This document shows, one piece after another, positions 16,273 through 24,296 of a stretch of DNA of 37,220 nucleotides. Position 1 is the first letter of the stretch, and the number at the start of each line of letters is the position of its first letter. The stretch comes from an uncultured Porphyromonadaceae bacterium (lineage in GTDB: Bacteria > Bacteroidota > Bacteroidia > Bacteroidales > UBA12481), in the NCBI GenBank assembly GCA_964351455.1, contig CAYGOU010000002.1, forward strand, positions 1 through 37,220, given 5' to 3'. Position numbers and translations under genes: made by a program. Under the pieces are notes generated by a model. That model ran no database searches. It was given only the letters and a program-made list of their open reading frames with translations, and was not told the DNA's origin.

Positions 16273-17718
16273 TCAACTACTTACGTTGGCGGGTTTCCAG
16301 TGCGGGGCGCGGTAAATAAGCACATAGCTCATCAATATCACCACGTTAATGGGCATCTGTCCGTAAAGACCGTTTCCATAGCTGGCAACCATAATTCCAA
16401 AGATGCCTGAAACCAGGGCCACTAAAATGTTTCTCAACTCCGGATCTTTTAGTTTCCAGACAATGATGGAGCATCTTGCAAGGAGGTAAAACAGAATAAA
16501 AAGGTGCAATGAAAGACCAATAATACCCATCTCTGCCCAGATCCTCACATACCAGCTGTCGGTTGGTGTTTGAGCCAGGAAAGTATTAGGACTGAACCGC
16601 ATGCCCCAGTTGCCCGCTGATCCGATTCCTCCCCCAAAAGGTTTATCTGCGAGATAGGTCTTTAATCTTCTTTGGTTTTCAAGCCTGACCTGAAAGGAGG
16701 CATCAAGGGCAGGTCTGACCGCAGTACGCAGTCTGTAGATCTGATAGCTGGTGTTTCCAATGAAGGTAAAACGAAGGATGCCAAAAACCGCAAGTCCTAA
16801 TATCATTCCAACAGCAAATACCTTAAAGTTTCTGCTGAGAAAGAGGTAGAGCATTCCACCGGCTGCCGGAACCGCCAGGGCCCCACGGGTTCCGGAATAA
16901 AGCATGCCGGCAAAGCAAATTGCGGCCAACATCAGGAGGATCCATTTCAGGTAGCTCTTCAACTTACCAAAGGCCATCAAACCGGCCACCAGAGCCGTCT
17001 GCCCCATTGCTGCACCGAAAACCCCTGCATCCGAATAAAATGAAAAGGCCCTTAATCGCCCCTGAATCCGATGGGTCAGTCCTCCGCCCCCATCCAGCCA
17101 CTTTGTTTCAAACGGGTCGGTACCGATCACAATTTGCTGGATTCCCTTCAACGAGGCCAGCAACGAAAATCCAAACCAAATGATGAGAAACAGTCTGAGA
17201 TCACTTCGATCACGCACCACCATCAGTCCAAGCGGAATCAGCAGAATCTGATAGAAGGCCACCCCCCTCATGGCATAAAACCATGCAACAAAACTTACCG
17301 CCTCGGGATTGAACAACTGCACCAGGGTGTATCCCATCCAGACCAGCGACATCAACACAAGGTCATTTTTAACCGGAGACCAGTTTCTGAATTTTCCCCT
17401 TGAGAGGAGCAGCGAAACCAGTCCCAACAGGAGGATGGCATCCACGAATAATCCGAAAGGCACCATATCCCCAGCATAGCGGGGAATTCCGTTTGCCAGG
17501 AAGGCAAATGCAAAAGCATAGAAAAGTCCCGCCCTCGAATCCCTGAAGATGTGAATCAGGGCGAATATCCCAGCTGGCAAAACCACCAGCATCACCCCGA
17601 ATACCAGTCCCTTCAATGCAATTCCGGCAGATGCCACCACGGCAAACAGCAGCAAGGCGGCAATAATTGATGGCTGGCGAATTCTGGCAGCACCGGTTTC
17701 ACGAAAAAGGTCACTCAT
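16273..17718 (-). CDS. Wzy / O-antigen-ligase-family (Wzy_C-like) polytopic membrane protein
   Basis: 481 aa with at least 10 hydrophobic helices. The SGTRGALAV and WAEMGIIGLSL segments resemble Wzy_C family blocks. It overlaps the upstream flippase gene by 8 nt. Confidence 0.65.
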   Translation of the reverse strand: MSDLFRETGAARIRQPSIIAALLLFAVVASAGIALKGLVFGVMLVVLPAGIFALIHIFRDSRAGLFYAFAFAFLANGIPRYAGDMVPFGLFVDAILLLGLVSLLLSRGKFRNWSPVKNDLVLMSLVWMGYTLVQLFNPEAVSFVAWFYAMRGVAFYQILLIPLGLMVVRDRSDLRLFLIIWFGFSLLASLKGIQQIVIGTDPFETKWLDGGGGLTHRIQGRLRAFSFYSDAGVFGAAMGQTALVAGLMAFGKLKSYLKWILLMLAAICFAGMLYSGTRGALAVPAAGGMLYLFLSRNFKVFAVGMILGLAVFGILRFTFIGNTSYQIYRLRTAVRPALDASFQVRLENQRRLKTYLADKPFGGGIGSAGNWGMRFSPNTFLAQTPTDSWYVRIWAEMGIIGLSLHLFILFYLLARCSIIVWKLKDPELRNILVALVSGIFGIMVASYGNGLYGQMPINVVILMSYVLIYRAPHWKPANVSS

Positions 17719-19051
17719 CTCGTTGCGGTTTGAGCAGCTTCAAAAGGTTTGAGCGAATTGCCCTGTAACCGTATGGAAATATCAGCCAGATGGGGGTACC
17801 CAACTCCCGGTTCAACAGCAGGTTTCCGACGAAGACCCCGATCACAACATTCATGATGGTGACAGCCGCCACCAACTCAAGCGAACCGAAATAATGAATG
17901 ACCAGAACATCTCCGATGATATTGGCAGCAGCCATAATAAAAACCTTGAACATGTTCAGCCGGGGACGGTTTACAGCATCCAGTGCTACCCCGCTGAATC
18001 GGTCCATCGGCAAAAACAGCGCATAAATCAGAAAAATCCAGAATATCGTGTAGGAGGATGCATACTCGGCACCTCCAAGCAGGAGGGTAAGCGGTTTGGC
18101 GAGCAAGAAAAGCAATATGACCAACGGGACAAAAACCAGCGATGCGATGCCCGTATAAGTGTAAAAAATACGCTTAACCTCAAAATCCCTTCCCCTTCGG
18201 CTCTCCTGGCTCATCCTCGGAAAAGCCACGGCAACAAGGCTGCGGATGGGAATTTCAACAATCTCGATTAACTTGAGTGGAATGCTGTAATAAGCCACAT
18301 CCGCCTGGGTCATCATGATCCCAAGGATGAAGGTATCAGAGCTTTTAAGCAGGTTCGAACCCAGTAAAGTACCCAGGCTGTAGCGGCCAAAGCGAAGTTG
18401 CTCTATGATGTAACGTTTTTGCGCCCTGAACAGGTGCTCGATACCCGTCCACCCCATCGCGACCGCGATAATGGATGCAATAGCAAATGAAGCAATATGG
18501 GCCAGCAGCACCCATCGCACATCGAGTCTCAGGAAAAAAAAGTTGATGGTCAGAAAGACGAAAAACGCCCCCATGCTTATGCTTCTGAGTGAGAGTATAC
18601 GTGCGAAATCACCTCGCGCCTGCAGGATGGAGAAGGTCATGTTCAGGGGCATCAGAAAAAGCGATAAGACCGGATACCAAAAGAAAAAGAGGCCGAAGCC
18701 CTTGGCGTCAATCTGCTCCTTGAAGAGCGCATAACTCGAATAAAGCAGCAGAACGGCGGCCAGGGTTACCAATGCCGACAAAACCCAGGATGCCCCAATC
18801 AAACCGGCCGCCTCTCTCTTATCCTGTGAACCCGAAAGAAACCTCACCAGGGGTGTACCGTTGAGTCCGGTTCGGATCATCTCAACAATGGCCATACCCG
18901 ACAGGTAGATGACCCATTCTCCAAAATCACTCTTGGGCAGGGATCTTGAAAGGAGGGCTACATTGGCAAAACCAAATAATGCAATGACCAGATTATTGGT
19001 AAGGGAGACAAAGTTTTTATTCCGAATCAGGGATAGAATTTTCTGGCGCAT
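17711..19051 (-). CDS. wzx: Wzx-type oligosaccharide flippase (MOP superfamily polysaccharide biosynthesis protein)
   Basis: 446 aa with about 12-14 TM helices. The N-terminus (LTNNLVIALFGFANVALLSRSLPKSDFGEW) is typical of Polysacc_synt proteins. The polysaccharide locus context supports the call. Confidence 0.7.
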   Translation of the reverse strand: MRQKILSLIRNKNFVSLTNNLVIALFGFANVALLSRSLPKSDFGEWVIYLSGMAIVEMIRTGLNGTPLVRFLSGSQDKREAAGLIGASWVLSALVTLAAVLLLYSSYALFKEQIDAKGFGLFFFWYPVLSLFLMPLNMTFSILQARGDFARILSLRSISMGAFFVFLTINFFFLRLDVRWVLLAHIASFAIASIIAVAMGWTGIEHLFRAQKRYIIEQLRFGRYSLGTLLGSNLLKSSDTFILGIMMTQADVAYYSIPLKLIEIVEIPIRSLVAVAFPRMSQESRRGRDFEVKRIFYTYTGIASLVFVPLVILLFLLAKPLTLLLGGAEYASSYTIFWIFLIYALFLPMDRFSGVALDAVNRPRLNMFKVFIMAAANIIGDVLVIHYFGSLELVAAVTIMNVVIGVFVGNLLLNRELGTPIWLIFPYGYRAIRSNLLKLLKPQRDE

Positions 19052-19055
19052 GGCG

Positions 19056-21782
19056 CTATAGGGATTTTGCCACCCGGAACTCCAGCCGGATCAGTTTTTT
19101 GGCAAGTATCCTCAGTTTGCTCCTCCTCCTGGGAATCTCACCGATTATAGATTCAAGGTGTTCGACCTGGCAGCCATTCAGCAGGACATTCACTGGATGA
19201 TCGACCTGAGTCTTGTACAGACTTAGCGCTTCGGCATCGGCGTTGTTCCATGATCTGTTGGCCCGGCATACCAGGAGGGTAAGCTGTCCCGATTTCAGAA
19301 GACTCGCGGGATATTCGTTCAGAAGCAGCGATGGCAGTTCAACCAGGATGAATTGATAGCCCTTAAGTACCACCGTGAAGTTTCGCAGCAGGTCGTTCAG
19401 GTTCTTGACCCCCATAAAATTTTCAGGCACCTCATATTCATAATCCCAGGCGGGTTTATCTGGCAGGTTCTGTCCAAGCATTGATCCCGCAGGATCATGG
19501 GGTGCCGAATCGAGCGGCTTTATATACAGAACCTTGATCTTCGATTGTCTTAGCTTCACGGCCAGTTTTGATGCAAGAAAGGTTTTGCCTTCGTTCTGCC
19601 GGGTACTGGCGATAAAAATCAGGAATGGCAATTCACCCCTTGAACGCTGGTTGTATTCCTCCAGCTTAATGCGCTGGGTCATGAGATCCGTCAGTCTTGA
19701 GACGATAAGATCATAATTGATTGCATGATCGGGCCATTCAGGTACTTTCGGAAAAGCACCGAACAGTTTCAAACCGGTACGCTGGGAGGTACGTTCGGGC
19801 ATCTTAAGGGTTCCGTCAAAGAATTCAAGCAGTATGATCAGTGCTCCAGCCATTCCCAGTCCGGCGATGAAAGCTGCCAGGATCAGGTACATGCGCTTTG
19901 ATGGATTGGGCTTTAGCGGATAAACCGGTTCATCGATCACCTGGAGGTTAGACTGCTCAACATTTTTCTGCTTTGTAATACTCAGGTTGTAATTGTGGAG
20001 GTGGTTAAGATACTCCTCTTCAGCAAGGTTCATCTGCCGCTCAAGCACATTGAGTTTACTTCCAACCGGAGCAAAGGTGTCATAAGCCTCCAGGAACTCC
20101 TTTTTCCGGTTTCCCAGCACCTTATACCGTGCTGTACTCTGTTCTACCTCAATCACCTTCTCAAGCCATTGAGTGAGCAGTTCCTGTCGGTTCATCCCTG
20201 CTGTTGAGAAGCTGGCCACATAAGCCGACTCAATGGCTCTGCTCAACCTGCCCTTTAGTTGGGCCTCTTCCAATTTGAGCCGTGTCAGCTCTTCCGGATC
20301 GGCATCGCCCTGGATTTCAGCCATAGCAAGCCTCACGGTTAAGTCTCTGAGGTTTTGCCTGACCTCCATGATCGAAGCATTCTGAAGGTTCATCCTTTCC
20401 CGTTCGTCCATGGTTTGCTCAATTGACTGAAGAGCAGCTTTCGCAGCAGAGAGGCTTCCAAGCTCAGCGGTATAATCCCTGTCGAGCACCTCTTTTTGTT
20501 CAGCAATGAACTTGGTTTGTTCATTGTAATTGATGATCCGGTTTTCCATCCTGAAGCGCAGCTCCTCCTGCTCGAGGCTGTCGAGAAGGCTTTTGGCCAG
20601 CTCCATCCGGTCGCGGAAATAATCAGAAACAATCAGTGTCTGGGAGGTTGTGATGGTCTGGTTCTTTTCAAAAAAGACCTCCGTCATAATACGGAGGGTA
20701 TTGACACAGACGGCAGGATCGGTTGATTCGTAAGTCAGCCTGATGTAGTCAGAACTCTGAATTCGTTGAACCCGGATCGAGGAGATCTTTGAGACACTGT
20801 AAAAGGGATTCGATGACTGCAGGATTCGGAAAATCTCGTTTGACTGGTTACGGCTCTTGTAAGTTTTAAGGTTTTCATAGGTTTTCTGCCAGGCGCCCCT
20901 TTTCTCAAGGATTACGGTCTGGAAAGTCTGGTCGAAGTTTCTTGCGATGGAGTCCATTTTTCTGGAGGGATCCTGAGCCAGGTAATCTGAAGCCACGGGA
21001 TCAACCTCAACTGTCGCAGTTTGTTCACCGACCGGGCTGTTGACAGGCAATGATACCGGGGTCTCCCGAATCACAAGGCTGTCGACAAGGTAGCGTTCTC
21101 TGACCTCCCCAACGATGAGGCGCTGTCCACCCTGTAGTTGTTCGAGGTCTGAACGGTTCAGCCTGATAAGCTCGTCAACTGAAACATCATTCATACGGGC
21201 AATCAGGGCAGGATAATCGCCCGATTTGACCCTGTAATACTTAGGAGTAACGCGAAACTTCTCAATCTGAAGGTTAACGGTATCATACCTGATGCTTAAA
21301 ACCTCCTCCTGAGAGGCGGATGCCGGCTGAGACTCCGGCATGCTTGAATCGACCTCGGTGGCCGGTTGCGATTGAACGCTCACTGCTTCTCCAGGCCTGA
21401 CCACCAGGTCGGTCACCGCTCTGGGGAGTTCTTCAAGCAGGCTGTTTCGTGTCTCCTCCCTGCAAATGCCGATGTCAGGCTGTTCAAGCATGAGATGCTG
21501 GGCCATGAGCCTGAGTGCGGTTTCCTCCTGGGCATCCCTGCTTTTGATGAGGTTGATCAGGTTGTCAAACTTTGCATTGGTAGCAAAGAGGTTAAATCCC
21601 GAATTGGCACCGGTTTCAATGTTGTATCCGGTGGCGATACCGGTGTATATGGTGGTCTCTGTGGTATATGATCGGGGTTGCCGGCGGGTCATAACCATGA
21701 CAATGACCGCCATGAGAAGGCCAACACCCAGAATCAGCCAAACATTCTTTAAAAGTAGTCTTATGAAATAGACCAGGTTCAT
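19056..21782 (-). CDS. Polysaccharide co-polymerase (Wzz/Wzc-like) with an inserted periplasmic LysM domain and a degenerate C-terminal BY-kinase-like P-loop domain
   Basis: TM1 spans aa 14-31. LysM reads YYRVKSGDYPALIARMNDVSVDELIRLNRSDLEQLQGGQRLIVG (aa 182-225). A long coiled coil follows, then a GNVR-like LQVIDEPVYPLKPNPSKR plus TM2 (aa 631-653). The Walker-A-like motif is IASTRQNEGKTFL. There is no C-terminal Tyr cluster. Confidence 0.75.
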   Translation of the reverse strand: MNLVYFIRLLLKNVWLILGVGLLMAVIVMVMTRRQPRSYTTETTIYTGIATGYNIETGANSGFNLFATNAKFDNLINLIKSRDAQEETALRLMAQHLMLEQPDIGICREETRNSLLEELPRAVTDLVVRPGEAVSVQSQPATEVDSSMPESQPASASQEEVLSIRYDTVNLQIEKFRVTPKYYRVKSGDYPALIARMNDVSVDELIRLNRSDLEQLQGGQRLIVGEVRERYLVDSLVIRETPVSLPVNSPVGEQTATVEVDPVASDYLAQDPSRKMDSIARNFDQTFQTVILEKRGAWQKTYENLKTYKSRNQSNEIFRILQSSNPFYSVSKISSIRVQRIQSSDYIRLTYESTDPAVCVNTLRIMTEVFFEKNQTITTSQTLIVSDYFRDRMELAKSLLDSLEQEELRFRMENRIINYNEQTKFIAEQKEVLDRDYTAELGSLSAAKAALQSIEQTMDERERMNLQNASIMEVRQNLRDLTVRLAMAEIQGDADPEELTRLKLEEAQLKGRLSRAIESAYVASFSTAGMNRQELLTQWLEKVIEVEQSTARYKVLGNRKKEFLEAYDTFAPVGSKLNVLERQMNLAEEEYLNHLHNYNLSITKQKNVEQSNLQVIDEPVYPLKPNPSKRMYLILAAFIAGLGMAGALIILLEFFDGTLKMPERTSQRTGLKLFGAFPKVPEWPDHAINYDLIVSRLTDLMTQRIKLEEYNQRSRGELPFLIFIASTRQNEGKTFLASKLAVKLRQSKIKVLYIKPLDSAPHDPAGSMLGQNLPDKPAWDYEYEVPENFMGVKNLNDLLRNFTVVLKGYQFILVELPSLLLNEYPASLLKSGQLTLLVCRANRSWNNADAEALSLYKTQVDHPVNVLLNGCQVEHLESIIGEIPRRRSKLRILAKKLIRLEFRVAKSL

Positions 21783-22540
21783 TATTTGGCTATTGATAAG
21801 CTGTTCAATTCAGTGCCAACCAGTTCACCCATTAGCTGCCAGGCTTCACGGAAATCCCTTCTGACCTCTTCGAACTGTACCTGTGAGTTGGTGGTTAGCT
21901 CCACCACCCTGGCAAATTGCTCGATGGTGATATCGGCTGTTTGATATGCTCGCTGGGCCCATTCATAGTTGGTCTCCTGAGCTGTTTTGTGGTTGCTGAG
22001 AATGGGAATCATCCGTTCGAGGTAAAGCAACTGATTGTATAGTTTTATCACCTCATTGGTGACCAAATTCTTCACTTCATCCATTTTGAATTCTTCAAAC
22101 TTAAGCTGCTCCCTGGCAATTTTGATTTTCCGGCTCTGGTCAAGTGCATCAAAAAGAGACAGGTTGATCCTGGTGCCAAAATTAAATCTGTTGGCCATGG
22201 TAAAATCCCTGTCGAGGGGAGTGCCATCCGGAGCCAGGATGAAGAAATCCACGGTACCGTAACGGTAATCCGCAGAGGCAGTGATGTTGCGTGACCAGTC
22301 AAATTTCTGGGTCTTCAGCTGGTATTCCCGGATTCGGATCAGGGATTCCTGCTGGTCAAGCAAGGGCGAATGTGTTAGCGCTTCATCAATGAGTTCGCCC
22401 AGGGGAGGCAGATTAGATTTGAAATCTTTCAGCGCCTGCGGGTCGAGAGTCTGTGACCTTATCTGTGAGTCGATCCCTGCAAGGAAAGAAACCAACAGAA
22501 TTAATTTCAGGCAATGTTGACAGATAATCCGCTTTCTCAT
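21782..22540 (-). CDS. Secreted TolC/OEP-like protein of half normal size (single repeat, 252 aa)
   Basis: Signal-peptide-like N-terminus ([22 protein letters not shown]). LGELIDEALTHSPLLDQQESLIRIREYQLK resembles the N-terminal OEP repeat motif. A beta-like segment (NITASADYRYGT) is followed by long helices. Starts and stops overlap with both neighbouring genes. Confidence 0.45.
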   Translation of the reverse strand: MRKRIICQHCLKLILLVSFLAGIDSQIRSQTLDPQALKDFKSNLPPLGELIDEALTHSPLLDQQESLIRIREYQLKTQKFDWSRNITASADYRYGTVDFFILAPDGTPLDRDFTMANRFNFGTRINLSLFDALDQSRKIKIAREQLKFEEFKMDEVKNLVTNEVIKLYNQLLYLERMIPILSNHKTAQETNYEWAQRAYQTADITIEQFARVVELTTNSQVQFEEVRRDFREAWQLMGELVGTELNSLSIAK

Positions 22541-23721
22541 ACATCCTCTTTTTGCATGAAGGCTGTAAAGGTTCTGAGTATGATGATCATATCCTTCCAG
22601 AATGAGTAGTTCCGAGCATATTCGTTGTCGAGCGCCTTTCTCTCCTCATTTGACATATCAGACTTTCCCCTCTTGCTCACCTGCCATAAACCGGTTATGC
22701 CAGCCGGTGCGAGGAACCTTTCGGTCCATGAATCAGAGGTAAGCAATTCGGCCTCGTAAAGCGGAACGGGACGATTGCCTACAATCGACATTTCGCCCCT
22801 GAGAACATTGAAGAGTTGCGGCAATTCATCAATGCTGGTCTTTCGGATTAAACGCCCCACCTTGGTTACCCGCGGGTCATTTTTGATCTTATTGAAAGTC
22901 TTGCCAAGCTTTTGTCGCTTGTACTGGAGATACTGCCTTTCACAAACTTCGTGCTCACGGATGTAAAGCAGGGTTGAACAGGGTTTTCCGAGCCTTGAAC
23001 ATTCAGGGCATTCTTCGTAAAGGGCATCCTCTTCCTTGTCTTTCTCAGCGTATTGGTTGAGGTGTTTGAGCTCCTTCAGACGTGCATCGGCGCCTGTGAA
23101 CATCGAGCGAAACTTAAAAAACGGGAAAATGGTATATCCCGCTCCAACGCGCTTGGCTGCGTAGAATACCTTTCCCTTTGATTCTATTCTAATTGCAGCC
23201 GCCACAATTAATAGCAGAGGTGACAACATCACAAGGGCTGCAGAGGCAAATAAAATATCAAAAATCCGCTTTTCAAGCGGAATACGCACCTTTTCCTGTT
23301 TGGATTCAAGAATGGAGATAACCGATTGACTCCGGCGAAATTTCATCAGGAAATCTGTCCTTATCCTGAATTTCACCATATCCAGCGGTTTCCTGATCAG
23401 ATCATCCACTCCTGCCTTGATTGCCCGCATGCGCTCCTCCCGGTCGCTACCGGCATCCACCAGGATAAAAACTGCCAACTGGTTGACGAACTTCTGCCTG
23501 AATTCTTCATAAAGGGCATATCCCGACATGCCCGGCAGAATCAGTTCTGAGACAATCACATCGGGCCGCTCATCGGCATCCAGCCGGCTGATGGCCAAAT
23601 ATCCATTTTCAGCACTGGAAACTTTAAGCAGAGGATCTGTCGACAGAGATTCTAATACCTGGGAATCGCCTCCCACATATAAAACCGATATCGTTGCTTG
23701 CTGGTCTTCACTCATTGCCAT
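22537..23721 (-). CDS. Receiver-like domain fused to a priming phosphoglycosyltransferase (bacterial sugar transferase, WbaP/PglC family)
   Basis: REC-like aa 10-125: [14 protein letters not shown]...[12 protein letters not shown] domain: [34 protein letters not shown]...FKFRSM...[37 protein letters not shown]. Confidence 0.85.
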   Translation of the reverse strand: MAMSEDQQATISVLYVGGDSQVLESLSTDPLLKVSSAENGYLAISRLDADERPDVIVSELILPGMSGYALYEEFRQKFVNQLAVFILVDAGSDREERMRAIKAGVDDLIRKPLDMVKFRIRTDFLMKFRRSQSVISILESKQEKVRIPLEKRIFDILFASAALVMLSPLLLIVAAAIRIESKGKVFYAAKRVGAGYTIFPFFKFRSMFTGADARLKELKHLNQYAEKDKEEDALYEECPECSRLGKPCSTLLYIREHEVCERQYLQYKRQKLGKTFNKIKNDPRVTKVGRLIRKTSIDELPQLFNVLRGEMSIVGNRPVPLYEAELLTSDSWTERFLAPAGITGLWQVSKRGKSDMSNEERKALDNEYARNYSFWKDMIIILRTFTAFMQKEDV

Positions 23722-23725
23722 AAAA

Positions 23726-24103
23726 TCATGAAATTCGACACTTCAGGAGAATCTCGATTTTCAGCAACAACTCTTCGGGATTAAATGGTTTAATCATAAA
23801 GTCCATTGCACCCATTCTCAGGCACTGAACCCGTTCGGGACTTGAATCAACCCCCGACAGCATCATAACGGGGATTGCGCTGAAAAAACCGCTGGCCTTC
23901 ACCTGCTTTAGGAACTCAAATCCATCCATGGAGGGCATTTCAAGGTCAACGATCATCAGGTCGGGCATGCTCCCCCCCTGCAACCAGTTCAACCCTTCCA
24001 AACCATTGCCCATGGCAGCCACCTCGTAGGTCTGACTAAGAAACTTCTCAAGAAGACTCCGAATGGTTATTTCATCGTCAACAATAAGTATTTTCTTTCT
24101 CAT
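23726..24103 (-). CDS. Single-domain CheY-like response regulator (125 aa)
   Basis: MRKKILIVDDEITIR..., acceptor motif LMIVDLEMPSMDG, MMLSG, and FMIKP, so all canonical receiver residues are present. I chose the ATG at 24103 because a -7 box lies inside the longer track ORF (start 24163). Confidence 0.85.
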   Translation of the reverse strand: MRKKILIVDDEITIRSLLEKFLSQTYEVAAMGNGLEGLNWLQGGSMPDLMIVDLEMPSMDGFEFLKQVKASGFFSAIPVMMLSGVDSSPERVQCLRMGAMDFMIKPFNPEELLLKIEILLKCRIS

Positions 24104-24168
24104 TATTAAAAGATTACAGGAACTTAGGCTCTGTCTGATCCAGACAGGATAAAAATAGCACAATTCAG

Positions 24169-24176
24169 CAAACTTA
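24169..24176 (-). promoter_or_regulatory. Candidate -7 box (TAAGTTTG on the minus strand) for the polysaccharide operon
   Basis: Plus-strand caaactta lies 66 nt upstream of the ATG at 24103. Motif match only. Confidence 0.3.
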
Positions 24177-24296
24177 CGCCACTCCTTGCAATTAATGCCT
24201 TTCTACATTATTTTTTCCTGCACCGGTTGTCGGATCCTTTGCTTCGATGTATATTCGTCAATCGTTAAGAATTAAACCAAATTCCTTTTAAACACT

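Noticed and set aside
24104-24163. 20-codon extension of the CheY-like ORF (MCYFYPVWIRQSLSSCNLLI)
   Set aside because: The receiver fold starts at MRKKILIVDD. The candidate -7 box would be only 6 nt from the extended start.
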